Assembly: GCF_000283555.1 (NCBI RefSeq) | Contig: NC_016012.1 | Coordinates: 720,001-752,000, forward strand | Origin: Candidatus Arthromitus sp. SFB-rat-Yit | Lineage (GTDB): Bacteria; Bacillota; Clostridia; Clostridiales; Clostridiaceae | Reading direction: 5' to 3' | DNA length: 32,000 nt | Shown: piece by piece, positions 9,696 through 19,399 of the stretch | How the letters are laid out: every line of letters begins with the position of its first letter | How positions within the stretch are numbered: position 1 is the stretch's first letter | Made by a program: the position numbers and the translations under genes | The notes under the pieces: generated by a model | Database searches by the model: none | Seen by the model: the letters and a program-made list of their open reading frames with translations, nothing else | Told to the model about the DNA's origin: nothing

Positions 9696-10616
9696 TTAAC
9701 TCCTATTAAAATCATTAAGTATAAATTCTAAAATTTCACTTTCATTCATTTCATCTCTAGAAATAAATATATTACCCTCTTCTTTTCTAAACCAAGTCAT
9801 TTGACGTTTCGCATAGTTTCTTGAGCCTTGCTTTATTTTTTCAATTGCTTCATCATAAGTTGTAATATTATCTAAATAATCTAAAATTTCTTTATATCCA
9901 ATTCCTTGCATCGATTGAAGATCTTTTGTGTAACCAAGTTTTTTCAAATATATCACTTCATTTAAAAGACCATTTTCAATCATTGCATCAACTCTATTAT
10001 TAATATTTTCATATAAGCGATCTTTGTTTAACGTTAAAGTGTAATATTTGTAATTAAAAATAGGAATATTTTTTTGCTTAAATGAGCTAAAAGGCTTGTT
10101 AGTTAAATGATATACCTCTAAAGCTCTTACTACTCTTTTTACATTATTGTAATGGATTTTATTGTAACTTTCCAAATCGATATCTTTCAAAAGATTATGT
10201 AAATATTTATTCCCATTATTTTTAGCCAAGTTATATAAATGATTTCTATATTCTTTGTCCTCGCCTGATTCACAAAAGCTTTGATCAAAAATAAGAGAAC
10301 GTATATATAAACCTGTTCCACCAACAATAATGGGTAAATTTCCTCTGTTTGTTATATCTTTAATTGCATTTTTTGCAAGCGTTGAGTATAATGATACGTT
10401 AAAAATTTCATCAGGTTCGCAAATATCAATTAAATGATGAGTTATTCCATCCATTTCATGACTTGATATCTTGGCAGAACCAATATCCATATGCTTATAT
10501 ATCTGCATTGAATCAGCAGAAATTATTTCTCCATTTAAATTTTTTGCTAGTTTAATCGATAAACTAGTTTTACCAACACCAGTTGGACCTGATAATATTA
10601 AAATTTTTTCCTTCAT
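9696..10616 (-). CDS. miaA: tRNA dimethylallyltransferase
   Basis: P-loop GPTGVGKTS, ISADSMQIYKHMDIGSAK and GGTGLY motifs, 306 aa. Confidence 0.93.
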   Translation of the reverse strand: MKEKILILSGPTGVGKTSLSIKLAKNLNGEIISADSMQIYKHMDIGSAKISSHEMDGITHHLIDICEPDEIFNVSLYSTLAKNAIKDITNRGNLPIIVGGTGLYIRSLIFDQSFCESGEDKEYRNHLYNLAKNNGNKYLHNLLKDIDLESYNKIHYNNVKRVVRALEVYHLTNKPFSSFKQKNIPIFNYKYYTLTLNKDRLYENINNRVDAMIENGLLNEVIYLKKLGYTKDLQSMQGIGYKEILDYLDNITTYDEAIEKIKQGSRNYAKRQMTWFRKEEGNIFISRDEMNESEILEFILNDFNRS

Positions 10617-10621
10617 ATCCT

Positions 10622-12451
10622 TTAAGTCCTTTTAAACATTTTTTCAATTTCGTTTAATGAAAATTTTATTATTATTGGACGTCCATGCGGACAAGTAAAT
10701 GGATTTTCTAATTTCATAAGCTTTGATATCAGAACTTTTATATCTTCATCATTAAGTTTACAATTTGCTTTAATTGCACTCTTGCATGCTTTTTTCGCAA
10801 TTAAATCATATTTAACTTCAGCAAGAGTTCCTGATCCAAAATTATCAATGTTCTGGATTATATCTAAAATTAAAGATTTAGCATCACAATCTTTAAATTC
10901 AAACGGAACTTCTCTAACTACTATTGAATTTTCTCCAAAGGTTTCCATTGTGAAACCGCAATTTTCAAAGTAATGTTTGTTATTTTCATATACGGAATAT
11001 GAAAATTCATTTAAATGTATTATAGAAGGAATTATTACCTGTCTTGAAATTTTTCCATTATTAAGTTTAGTTGTAAATTCTTCAAATAAAATTTTTTCGT
11101 GAGCGACATGTTGATCAACTATGTAAAAATTATCATACCACTCACCTATTATGTAAGTTTTATTATACTGTCCTATTATTCTAAAATCTGAATTTTGTGC
11201 ATTATTCAAAATTTCAAATTTTAAGTTTTCTTTAAGTTCTTCAAAATGATTTTTACCAAATTCTTCGTTGCTTACTAGGTCGTAAGGTAATGTTTCTGTA
11301 TCGTCATTTTTATTATTACTATTTAGGTTGTTATGTTTATTTATCAATTCTTGTAACTCTGCTTTTGAAAATGGTGACGGTTCTGTTCTGGATAAATTAA
11401 ACAATTTATCGTTTGGCGAAGTAATGCTGGTCATATCATTTTTCTTTACTAAAGTAGAATTTGATAAACAATCGTTCAATTTATTTATGCAGGTTTTATA
11501 TAAAAAGTTATATACCATTCTTTCATCTTGAAATTTGATCTCGGCTTTGGTTGGATGTATGTTAACATCTATATCATTTGGATCAACATCCAAAAATGCA
11601 ATGAAGAATGGATATTTATTTATTGTCAAGTAATTTCTGTAAGCATTCTCTATAGATAAAATCAAATTTCTATTTTTAACTATTCTATTATTTACAAATA
11701 GATATTGATTGTTTCTTGAACTCTTACAAAAGTTAATATCTCCAAGATATCCAAAAATATACACTTTTTCACATTTATTTTCTACAAAAAATAAATTATT
11801 TAGTGTATCTAAACCAAAAATATCAATTATTGCATCTCTCAGGCTTGTTCCATTTGTCTTAAAGATCAATTTACCATTTGATATATACTCAAAGCATATT
11901 TCAAAATTTGATAAAGCAAGTCTAATTATAACATCTCTAATTATCGCAGTTTCACGACTTTCACTTTTTAAAAATTTAAGTCTTGCAGGAGTGTTGAAGA
12001 AGATATCTCTAACAATTATTTCTGTACCGATGTTACACGAACATTCTTCTTTATTAATAATTGTTCCTCCATGGATATCTATACCCATACCATATTCAAA
12101 TTCTTTGCTTCTTGATTTTAGTGATACTTTTGAAACTGATGCAATGCTTGGAAGTGCTTCTCCACGGAAACCAAATGAAGTTATATTAAATAAATCATCT
12201 TCTGATGAAATTTTACTTGTAGCGTGTGGTAAAAATATTTTTTCAATATCATCTCTATGAATACCTTCACCATCATCTATAACTTCTATACACTCCTTTC
12301 CTCCACCAGTAATTTTAATTGTGATATTTTTAGCTTTAGCATCTACGCTATTTTCAACCAACTCTTTAACTATAGCAGCAGGTTTTTCAACAACCTCACC
12401 TGCTGCAATTTTATTTGTAATTGAACTATCTAAAATATTTACTCTACTCAT
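10622..12451 (-). CDS. mutL: DNA mismatch repair protein MutL
   Basis: GHKL ATPase N-terminus IAAGEVVEKPAAIVKELVENSVDA and a C-terminal dimerisation domain ending CPHGRP. The start is set at ATG 12451 (MSRVNILD); the track start at 12484 would overlap mutS. Confidence 0.93.
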   Translation of the reverse strand: MSRVNILDSSITNKIAAGEVVEKPAAIVKELVENSVDAKAKNITIKITGGGKECIEVIDDGEGIHRDDIEKIFLPHATSKISSEDDLFNITSFGFRGEALPSIASVSKVSLKSRSKEFEYGMGIDIHGGTIINKEECSCNIGTEIIVRDIFFNTPARLKFLKSESRETAIIRDVIIRLALSNFEICFEYISNGKLIFKTNGTSLRDAIIDIFGLDTLNNLFFVENKCEKVYIFGYLGDINFCKSSRNNQYLFVNNRIVKNRNLILSIENAYRNYLTINKYPFFIAFLDVDPNDIDVNIHPTKAEIKFQDERMVYNFLYKTCINKLNDCLSNSTLVKKNDMTSITSPNDKLFNLSRTEPSPFSKAELQELINKHNNLNSNNKNDDTETLPYDLVSNEEFGKNHFEELKENLKFEILNNAQNSDFRIIGQYNKTYIIGEWYDNFYIVDQHVAHEKILFEEFTTKLNNGKISRQVIIPSIIHLNEFSYSVYENNKHYFENCGFTMETFGENSIVVREVPFEFKDCDAKSLILDIIQNIDNFGSGTLAEVKYDLIAKKACKSAIKANCKLNDEDIKVLISKLMKLENPFTCPHGRPIIIKFSLNEIEKMFKRT

Positions 12452-12461
12452 AATTACATCT

Positions 12462-15023
12462 CTATAAATTTTTACTGTTTTCAACTAGCTCATTTAATTT
12501 TGTAAGGGCATCCATCGGAGTTATGTTTAATATATCGATAGATTTTATTTTTTTGATAAATTCTTGTGTTTCGTCAATTTCTTCAACGATAATTTCTTCT
12601 TGTGAGTTTTGGTATTCAATTATATCTTTGCAGTCTATTTGTTTTTCGAGAGTTTTCATAACATTTTTCGCTACATCTATAATGTATTGATTTATGCCTG
12701 CAAGTTTTGCAACTTCGATTCCGTATGAATCATCAACAGCCCCTTTTGATACTTTTCTTGAAAAAATTAGATTATCGCCAATTTTTTTTGCAGATACACT
12801 ATAATTTTTTACATTAGGTATAATTTCTTCGATTCGTGTAAGCTCATGATAATGAGTTGCAAATAGTGTTTTAGGTCTAACTTTACTAATAGATGTTAAA
12901 TATTCTATTATGGCATAAGCGATGCTAAGTCCATCGTACGTGCTTGTCCCACGCCCAACCTCATCAAGTATTATCAAACTATTTTGCGTAAAATTATCCA
13001 TTATGTGAGCAACTTCTTTCATTTCAACCATGAATGTGCTTCTCCCAGTTGATAAATCATCTGATGCTCCGATTCTTGTGAAAATTTTATCGCATATGGA
13101 TATTTGAGCTTTTTTCGCAGGAACAAAGCTTCCTATTTGAGTCATGATTACAATAAGTGCTACTTGCCTCATAAACGTTGATTTACCAGCCATGTTTGGA
13201 CCTGTTATAATATGTAGTTGCTCCTCAAAATTATTAAGATATACATCATTAGGAACATAATTAAATTTATTTAAGAGTTTTTCAACAACAGGATGTCGTG
13301 CTTCATGAATATCAATTACTCCATCTTCAGTTATTTTTGGCTTAACATACTTGTTTTTTATAGCAACTACTGCAAGCGAAAATAAACAGTCGATAGTTGC
13401 GATATGCCTTGATACTTCTTTCATTCTAACAACATTTTTTTCTACCTTATCTCTGATATCTAAGAACACTTTATATTCTAAGTCATTTAATTTTTCTTCA
13501 GCGGATATGATTTTCTCTTCAAGGTCTTTAAGCTCTTCTGTTATATATCTTTCAGAATTAGCTAGAGTTTGTTTTCTTATATAGCGATTTTCTGGAACTA
13601 AATCATAATTTGATTTACTTACTTCTATATAGTATCCAAAAATTCTGTTATATCCTATCTTCAATGATCTAATGCCTGTAGTTTCTTTTTCCTTGTTTTC
13701 AATATTTAAAAGACATTCTTTGGAATTAAATTTTATATTTTTAAGTTCATCAATTTCAATATTATAATTTTCTTTTATGATCGAGCCATCCTTTATAGCT
13801 ATACCAGCATCATCTGAGATCGAATCTTCTATAAGATCATAAATATCATCAAGCACATCAAAATGATTGTATATATCTTTAAATAGCGAAGCGTTAAATT
13901 GAATTAAAATTCTTTTGATCTCTGGCAATAGTTTAAGACACTTCTTCAATGAAAGTAATTCTTTTGGGTTAATCGTCATCAAAGAAATTTTTGATATTAA
14001 TCTATCTATGTCTGTTATTTCGGATAATAAATTTTTTAAATTTGCGTGAAGGTTATATTTTTCAATTAATTCTTCTACGCAATTTTGCCTTCTTATTATT
14101 TTTCCGATCTTAAGAAGAGGCTTTTCAATCCATCGTTTTAAAAGTCTTGATCCCATAGAAGTATTTGTGTTGTTTAAAACCCAAAATAAACTCGATTTTT
14201 TTGAATTGTCATATGTATTTGTTATAAGCTCTAAATTCTTTTTAGTGTTTTTATCAATAAGAAGAAAATCATTTATGTTATAAAATTCAACTTGTTTTAT
14301 GTTTGATAAACTCATTCTCTGAGTTTCGTATATGTAATTATAAAATCCACCGATTGAATTAATTTGATGTTCGTATAAATTTTTTTCCTTATCAACATTT
14401 TTTGGAAGTTTTGCATTGGTAAAGAATGCGATGTCTTTTGTTGTAATGAGGAATTCATTTTGAAATGGTGAAAGTAGTTTATCAAAATTAAAATCCTCAT
14501 TAACAATAAGTTCCTTAGGAGAAAATTTCATTAATTCATCAATTAACAGAGAAGCATCATCTAATGATGTGCTATATACTTCACCCGTAGTTATATCTCC
14601 AAAAGTCACACCAAAAACTTCGTTATAAATATCATAAAAAACACTTCCGAGAAACACATTAAAGAAATTATCGTTTGAATTTTCATTAAAATATGTACCA
14701 GGAGTTATTATTTTAACAACATCTCGATTTACAATACCTTTAGAGGCGTTAGATTCTTCTATTTGTTCACAAATAGCAACTTTAAAACCTTTATTTATAA
14801 GTTTGTTTATGTAAGTAGGCGATGAAACATGAGGAATGCCACACATAGGGGCTTTTTCTTCAAGTCCACATTCACGCTTAGTTAAAACAAGTTCTAATTC
14901 TTTTGATGCGATTTTAGCATCTTCAAAGAACATTTCATAAAAATCACCTAGCCTAAAAAAGACTATACAATCTTTGTATTTATCTTTAATTTGTAAATAC
15001 TGACTCATCATTGGTGTTATCAT
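12462..15023 (-). CDS. mutS: DNA mismatch repair protein MutS
   Basis: 853 aa. N-terminal mismatch-binding MMSQYLQIKDKY...FFRLGDFYEMF, Walker A GPNMAGKST, and DEVGRGTSTYDG. RBS AGGAGAA. Confidence 0.96.
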   Translation of the reverse strand: MITPMMSQYLQIKDKYKDCIVFFRLGDFYEMFFEDAKIASKELELVLTKRECGLEEKAPMCGIPHVSSPTYINKLINKGFKVAICEQIEESNASKGIVNRDVVKIITPGTYFNENSNDNFFNVFLGSVFYDIYNEVFGVTFGDITTGEVYSTSLDDASLLIDELMKFSPKELIVNEDFNFDKLLSPFQNEFLITTKDIAFFTNAKLPKNVDKEKNLYEHQINSIGGFYNYIYETQRMSLSNIKQVEFYNINDFLLIDKNTKKNLELITNTYDNSKKSSLFWVLNNTNTSMGSRLLKRWIEKPLLKIGKIIRRQNCVEELIEKYNLHANLKNLLSEITDIDRLISKISLMTINPKELLSLKKCLKLLPEIKRILIQFNASLFKDIYNHFDVLDDIYDLIEDSISDDAGIAIKDGSIIKENYNIEIDELKNIKFNSKECLLNIENKEKETTGIRSLKIGYNRIFGYYIEVSKSNYDLVPENRYIRKQTLANSERYITEELKDLEEKIISAEEKLNDLEYKVFLDIRDKVEKNVVRMKEVSRHIATIDCLFSLAVVAIKNKYVKPKITEDGVIDIHEARHPVVEKLLNKFNYVPNDVYLNNFEEQLHIITGPNMAGKSTFMRQVALIVIMTQIGSFVPAKKAQISICDKIFTRIGASDDLSTGRSTFMVEMKEVAHIMDNFTQNSLIILDEVGRGTSTYDGLSIAYAIIEYLTSISKVRPKTLFATHYHELTRIEEIIPNVKNYSVSAKKIGDNLIFSRKVSKGAVDDSYGIEVAKLAGINQYIIDVAKNVMKTLEKQIDCKDIIEYQNSQEEIIVEEIDETQEFIKKIKSIDILNITPMDALTKLNELVENSKNL

Positions 15024-15053
15024 AGCAAAATTTCTCCTAAGATTTTAAAATTT

Positions 15054-16397
15054 TTAGATTTGTTTTCCTTCGAGTGAGAATGATTTAGGATTTGTAATTT
15101 TCACATCTATAATTTTTCCTACACAACTTTTATCACCAACAAAATTTACAAGTTTTCCATTATCCGTTCTTCCAGTGAGTTTATTTTCATCATTTTTGGA
15201 ATTTCCTTCAACAAGAACTTTAACGATTTTATTTTCATAAGTTTTGTTTATTTCAGCACATATTTGGTTAACTGTATCAACGAGCCTGTTAAATCTTTCG
15301 TGCTTAACATCGTCAGGAATTTGATTAGGCATCATGTCAGCACCTGTGAATTTTCTGTTTGAATATAGGAACATGAATGCTGAATCGTATCTAACTTCAC
15401 GAACAAGATTTAGTGTTTCTTCAAAATCTTCTTCAGTTTCACCAGGGAAACCTACAATTATATCTGTAGTTATAGCGATATCTGGTATTAAATTTTTAAT
15501 CTTTTTGATTTTCTCAAGATATTCTTCTTTGTTATAGTGCCTGTTCATAACTTTTAATACTCTATTTGAACCGCTTTGAACAGGTAGATGCAATTGGTTA
15601 CACACCTTTTCGCACTCTTTCATGACATTTATTAAATCATCAGAAAAATCTCTAGGGTGCGATGTCATATACCTAATTCTTTCTATGCCTTCAACCTCAT
15701 TTACTTTTCTTAAAAGCTTAGGGAAATCTATGTCTTCATCTAAGCCCTTCCCGTAAGAGTTAACATTCTGACCTAAAAGAGTTATTTCTTTATACCCTTT
15801 TTTTGCTAGTTCTTCAATTTCATTTATTATGTCCTTTGACTTTCTAGATTTTTCACGTCCACGAACTTGAGGAACGATACAATAAGTACAGAAATTATCG
15901 CACCCATACATTATAGTTACGAAAGCTTTTAAAGAGCTTTTTCTGTCTATTTCCATTCCTTCTATAATTTCATCAGAACCGGCTTCTATTTCGAGTATTC
16001 TTTCATCATTCATTAAAACACGGTTCAAATATTCAGGGAATTTATGTAGATTATGTGTTCCAAATATTATGTCAACAAAAGGATATTTTTTAGATATTTC
16101 TTGTGGTATACCTTTTTGTTGCATCATGCAACCACACACAGCTATTATTAAATCCTTTTTATGTTTCTTGAGATTTTTTAATTGTCCCAAATTTCCATGA
16201 ACTTTTAGTTCAGCATTTTCACGAACACAACAAGTATTAAAAATTATTATGTCAGCATCGTTTCTATTTTCGCATGAGGAATATCCCATAGAGATGAGCA
16301 TTCCAGATAATTTTTCGGAATCTTCCTCATTCATTTGACAGCCCCAAGTTTCAATAAAGTACAATTTAGTTTTTTTATCGGTTTGTAAAAAATCCAA
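15054..16397 (-). CDS. miaB: tRNA-2-methylthio-N6-dimethylallyladenosine synthase MiaB
   Basis: [13 protein letters not shown], radical-SAM CDNFCTYC and a TRAM domain. The start is reassigned to TTG 16397 ([20 protein letters not shown]), downstream of GAAAGGAG. The track's extension to 16475 would run through the candidate promoter. Confidence 0.9.
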   Translation of the reverse strand: MDFLQTDKKTKLYFIETWGCQMNEEDSEKLSGMLISMGYSSCENRNDADIIIFNTCCVRENAELKVHGNLGQLKNLKKHKKDLIIAVCGCMMQQKGIPQEISKKYPFVDIIFGTHNLHKFPEYLNRVLMNDERILEIEAGSDEIIEGMEIDRKSSLKAFVTIMYGCDNFCTYCIVPQVRGREKSRKSKDIINEIEELAKKGYKEITLLGQNVNSYGKGLDEDIDFPKLLRKVNEVEGIERIRYMTSHPRDFSDDLINVMKECEKVCNQLHLPVQSGSNRVLKVMNRHYNKEEYLEKIKKIKNLIPDIAITTDIIVGFPGETEEDFEETLNLVREVRYDSAFMFLYSNRKFTGADMMPNQIPDDVKHERFNRLVDTVNQICAEINKTYENKIVKVLVEGNSKNDENKLTGRTDNGKLVNFVGDKSCVGKIIDVKITNPKSFSLEGKQI

Positions 16398-16437
16398 TGT
16401 TAAAACTACTCTCCTTTCATTTTTAAAATTCTTAATA

Positions 16438-16446
16438 ATTATAACA
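16438..16446 (-). promoter_or_regulatory. Extended -10 box (TGTTATAAT) for the miaB-mutS-mutL-miaA operon
   Basis: The reverse complement of 16438-16446 reads TGTTATAAT, about 40 nt upstream of the proposed TTG start. Confidence 0.35.
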
Positions 16447-16489
16447 TATTTCTTATATTTTAAAATTACATTCATTAAAAGCTATTTGC

Positions 16490-17653
16490 TTATTTTCCAA
16501 TCTCTTTAAAAGTCAAAAGCTTATCTCTATAATATTCGTATTGTTTCTTCCTGGCTTCAATTTCTGCAGGAAGTCCTTCGGTTAAATCATTGCAAAGCTT
16601 GTCAAACTTATCGAGTATTGAAACTATTCTTTCTTGTTCTTCTAAGGAGGGAAGAGGAATTTCTATATCTAATAAATTACTCGGAGTTACTCTAATAACT
16701 TTTGTTCCATGTGCTAACCTACGTTTTTGCGTAAAAAACATTTCTGTATAAAAATAATAAGCTAGATAAGATGGGTTTTGATTATGTTTAATAATTACAG
16801 CATCTCCACTAATTGCAGCATCTTCATCTCCCAACCAAACTAAACACTTACATAAATCTTTAAGATTTTCGCTCGTTACTGCCATTATGATATCATTCTT
16901 CTGAGCTTTCTTTGATTTTTCAAAAATTTCTCCCTCAACAAAACTAATTGTATTTTTAACTTTCATTCCATATTTTGTATATATCTGCCCATAATGAATA
17001 CATGGAAATCCTTCATCTCTAAAATCTTTTTTCTGAAAATTTCCACCTCTAATTATCGTTGCAACATCCTTGAGTTTTACCCTCGGCACATCATCACCAA
17101 ACGTAAATAGCTTATCTCTATAATACTCATACTGTTTCTTTCTTGCTGTAAGCTCTGCTGTAAGCTCTGCTGTAAGCTCTGTAAACGAATCTAAAATATG
17201 TACAATCTCTTCTTGAACTTCTAGGGGTGGAATTGGGATCTCAAACTTCTCTATCATGGGTTTTCTTATAGATTTTACAGTTGCACTTACAGCCTTTTTC
17301 AAAATAAATTTTTTGAAAAAGACACAAAAATAATAATACACAAACTTTACATTAATTAAATTTCCAGTAAAATGTATCCTATAAACTCTTTGATGAATAG
17401 CATATTTCCCATTTATATAATGATATATCTCTCCAATCCTACCTTCTCCAGGTATAATAATTGCTTCCTCATCATACTCCCATTCATTTTTTCTTTTTAC
17501 AATTTGTGAACGTATAAAAAATGGATAATTCCCACCTTCCTCTGCTTCATTACCATTACTACTTCCAGTAGTAATCTCTGCTAAATTTTCAATTGCTTTA
17601 TACTCAACGCCATCAGGACAAAGTTTTTTTATCAATTCATCTATATTGCTCAT
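16490..17653 (-). CDS. hsdS: Type I restriction-modification specificity subunit HsdS (two TRDs, type IC-like conserved regions); orphan
   Basis: Two target-recognition domains are separated by the central conserved region ELTAELTAELTARKKQYEYYRDKLFTF and closed by the C-terminal EIEARKKQYEYYRDKLLTF. No hsdM or hsdR is present in the window, and there is no obvious SD before the ATG. Confidence 0.9.
   Translation of the reverse strand: MSNIDELIKKLCPDGVEYKAIENLAEITTGSSNGNEAEEGGNYPFFIRSQIVKRKNEWEYDEEAIIIPGEGRIGEIYHYINGKYAIHQRVYRIHFTGNLINVKFVYYYFCVFFKKFILKKAVSATVKSIRKPMIEKFEIPIPPLEVQEEIVHILDSFTELTAELTAELTARKKQYEYYRDKLFTFGDDVPRVKLKDVATIIRGGNFQKKDFRDEGFPCIHYGQIYTKYGMKVKNTISFVEGEIFEKSKKAQKNDIIMAVTSENLKDLCKCLVWLGDEDAAISGDAVIIKHNQNPSYLAYYFYTEMFFTQKRRLAHGTKVIRVTPSNLLDIEIPLPSLEEQERIVSILDKFDKLCNDLTEGLPAEIEARKKQYEYYRDKLLTFKEIGK
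17145..17180 (-). repeat. Three perfect copies of a 12-bp tandem repeat (gctgtaagctct; encodes ELTA x3) in the hsdS central conserved region
   Basis: Copies at 17145-17156, 17157-17168 and 17169-17180 are identical. A partial fourth copy (gtaa) follows. Confidence 0.95.
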
Positions 17654-17829
17654 CTATAAGATCACGTCATTTCTACATAAATTTCAAAATTTTACTATTA
17701 TATATCATTTTAATCATCAAAATTATATCATGAATTTATAAATAATTCTATTTGCTACTTTTATGAATATTCACTAATTTAGTATAATACAATTAAATGT
17801 ACTATTTATTTATTAATGGAGGATGAATT

Positions 17830-18204
17830 ATGGATCAAACAAGTGTACAACTAGATACAAGAATGAATAACGAATCATTTATAGACATGTTTTTATTAAC
17901 AAATAAAAGATTTTTACCCTCATCTAAGATGAATTTGATTAAAGAGAAATTAATGAGGGTGGACAATTATAGATTGGATAATGTTCTATCATTAGATTTT
18001 AAAGATCCAATTACAACTTTTATGTTTTCAATGTCTTTAGGTGTATTTGGAATAGATAGATTTACAATTGGAAGTGTAGGAATAGGAATATTAAAACTTT
18101 TAACATTTTGGTTTTTCGGCTTGCCATGGTTTATAGATTTATTTTTTATCCAAAACGCAACAAAAAACAAAAATTATGAAAAGTTATTAGATGTTATTGG
18201 ATAA
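17830..18204 (+). CDS. TM2 domain-containing membrane protein
   Basis: C-terminal SLGVFGIDRFTIGSVGIGILKLLTFWFFGLPWFIDLF resembles the TM2 domain (G.DRFY.G...GILKL.T.G..GIW...D). RBS GGAGG. Confidence 0.75.
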   Translation: MDQTSVQLDTRMNNESFIDMFLLTNKRFLPSSKMNLIKEKLMRVDNYRLDNVLSLDFKDPITTFMFSMSLGVFGIDRFTIGSVGIGILKLLTFWFFGLPWFIDLFFIQNATKNKNYEKLLDVIG

Positions 18205-18206
18205 TT

Positions 18207-18236
18207 AAAAAGGAGCAATTAAATTGCTCCTTTTTG
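18207..18236. terminator. Bidirectional terminator between the TM2 gene and the PI-PLC-like gene
   Basis: AGGAGCAAT-taa-ATTGCTCCT flanked by an A-run and a T-run. Confidence 0.7.
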
Positions 18237-18241
18237 TTTTT

Positions 18242-19399
18242 TTAAGAATTTATAAAAGTAAATCCCCATCCGTCTGTATTTGAAGTAGATCCCGAAGAGC
18301 TTCCTCCACTGCTACCGCTACCACTTCCATTTGAACTAGATGAATTATTTGTCTTAAAATTAACATTTATAATTTCCTCTATAAGTCCAGCCCCTGGGAA
18401 ATTCGCAAGTATTACACCACAAAACTTAACATCGTTATCTACAATATAATCAAAAGTTAAAGTATTTGTGCCTTCAAAGGCAATAGTTGAGAAAATTCCA
18501 AGTCTATTAACTCTTGGAAAATCTGGATAATATGAATTAAATCCTGGTGTAGTAAGTCCAGTTGATAATCTATTAGCATCCGTTCCAGAACTAACATGAC
18601 CACTTGCAACAAAGTAAGGTAATGCTCCACCTTGTCCAGCTATATTATTTTCATATCTAATGCTAGGATTAGGTGAGTTAGATGTTTGATATAATTGATT
18701 TTTTACCTTTTGCCATTTTGAATATAAATCCCAATTAGTTGCAAGATAATTGTCGGCTTGTATTGAGGCATTTTCCTCATAAGGTATAGTCTTCCATCTT
18801 CTTCCCTTTGTTTCATAATCAGCAAGAAGAATTATTTGACCTCTAGCGTCACCTAGTCTAGGGTTTGTTGTTTTAGATCCATCAAATATATAATGATCTA
18901 ATTTGTCTTTTTCTAAAACTGTTTGAACTTGATAAGCAAAGTTACCTGCACTATCTCCACTCTGAGTTACTTTTAAAAGTACAGTTTCATCTCTGTGTTT
19001 ATCAAGAAACTCCCCTATTGTTTTTACAACATCTGATAAACTATGTCCCAAAGAAATACCTTCTTTGTACACTTCGAACTTATTTTGCTCTATATTTTTA
19101 ACCCAGATATCTATATATCTTATTCCAGATTCGAGTTGTGTTTTAAGATCCATACTTTGAGTTAAAGTAAAGTCGGTATGATCTCCATATGCCATAGATT
19201 GATTTGTACCTGGTATACTCAATCTATTTATTAGAATATCATCACTTAAGCCAGACATCCAATTAGGTTTACTCAAACCCACATTACTATCATGAGAATA
19301 TGAACTATGCTTATGTGCATTTGCCCTAATAGGAATTATAAGTAAACTAAAACACAATAAAAAAGATAAGAACTTCAAAAACTTTTTCAATTGTTTCAC
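18242..19399 (-). CDS. Secreted PI-PLC X-domain (bacterial phosphatidylinositol-specific phospholipase C fold) protein with substituted catalytic residues and a Ser/Gly-rich tail
   Basis: Signal peptide ends ..IPIRANA/HK. It aligns without gaps to my recollection of B. cereus PI-PLC (WM..L....RLSIPGT.., TQ..D...Q...G.R..DI, GDARGQIILL vs GDARGKIVLL). The likely start is TTG 19390, after GAGGTG. Confidence 0.8.
   Translation of the reverse strand: MKQLKKFLKFLSFLLCFSLLIIPIRANAHKHSSYSHDSNVGLSKPNWMSGLSDDILINRLSIPGTNQSMAYGDHTDFTLTQSMDLKTQLESGIRYIDIWVKNIEQNKFEVYKEGISLGHSLSDVVKTIGEFLDKHRDETVLLKVTQSGDSAGNFAYQVQTVLEKDKLDHYIFDGSKTTNPRLGDARGQIILLADYETKGRRWKTIPYEENASIQADNYLATNWDLYSKWQKVKNQLYQTSNSPNPSIRYENNIAGQGGALPYFVASGHVSSGTDANRLSTGLTTPGFNSYYPDFPRVNRLGIFSTIAFEGTNTLTFDYIVDNDVKFCGVILANFPGAGLIEEIINVNFKTNNSSSSNGSGSGSSGGSSSGSTSNTDGWGFTFINS

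Noticed and set aside
1678-16397. Two radical-SAM methylthiotransferases in one window as a possible duplication
   Set aside because: They are the distinct paralogues RimO and MiaB, with different N-terminal motifs, each in its usual conserved neighbourhood.
7442-17653. Idea that the Xer-like recombinase and hsdS form a phase-variable type I shufflon
   Set aside because: There is only one hsdS and no inverted or silent hsdS fragments. The recombinase is 8 kb away and separated by a housekeeping operon. I see no inverted repeats matching hsdS conserved regions.
18250-18350. Ser/Gly-coding low-complexity DNA at the 3' end of the PI-PLC-like gene as a possible variable tandem repeat
   Set aside because: The codons are heterogeneous (agt/agc/gga/ggt/tcc mixtures) with no exact repeating unit, so slippage-driven variation is not supported.
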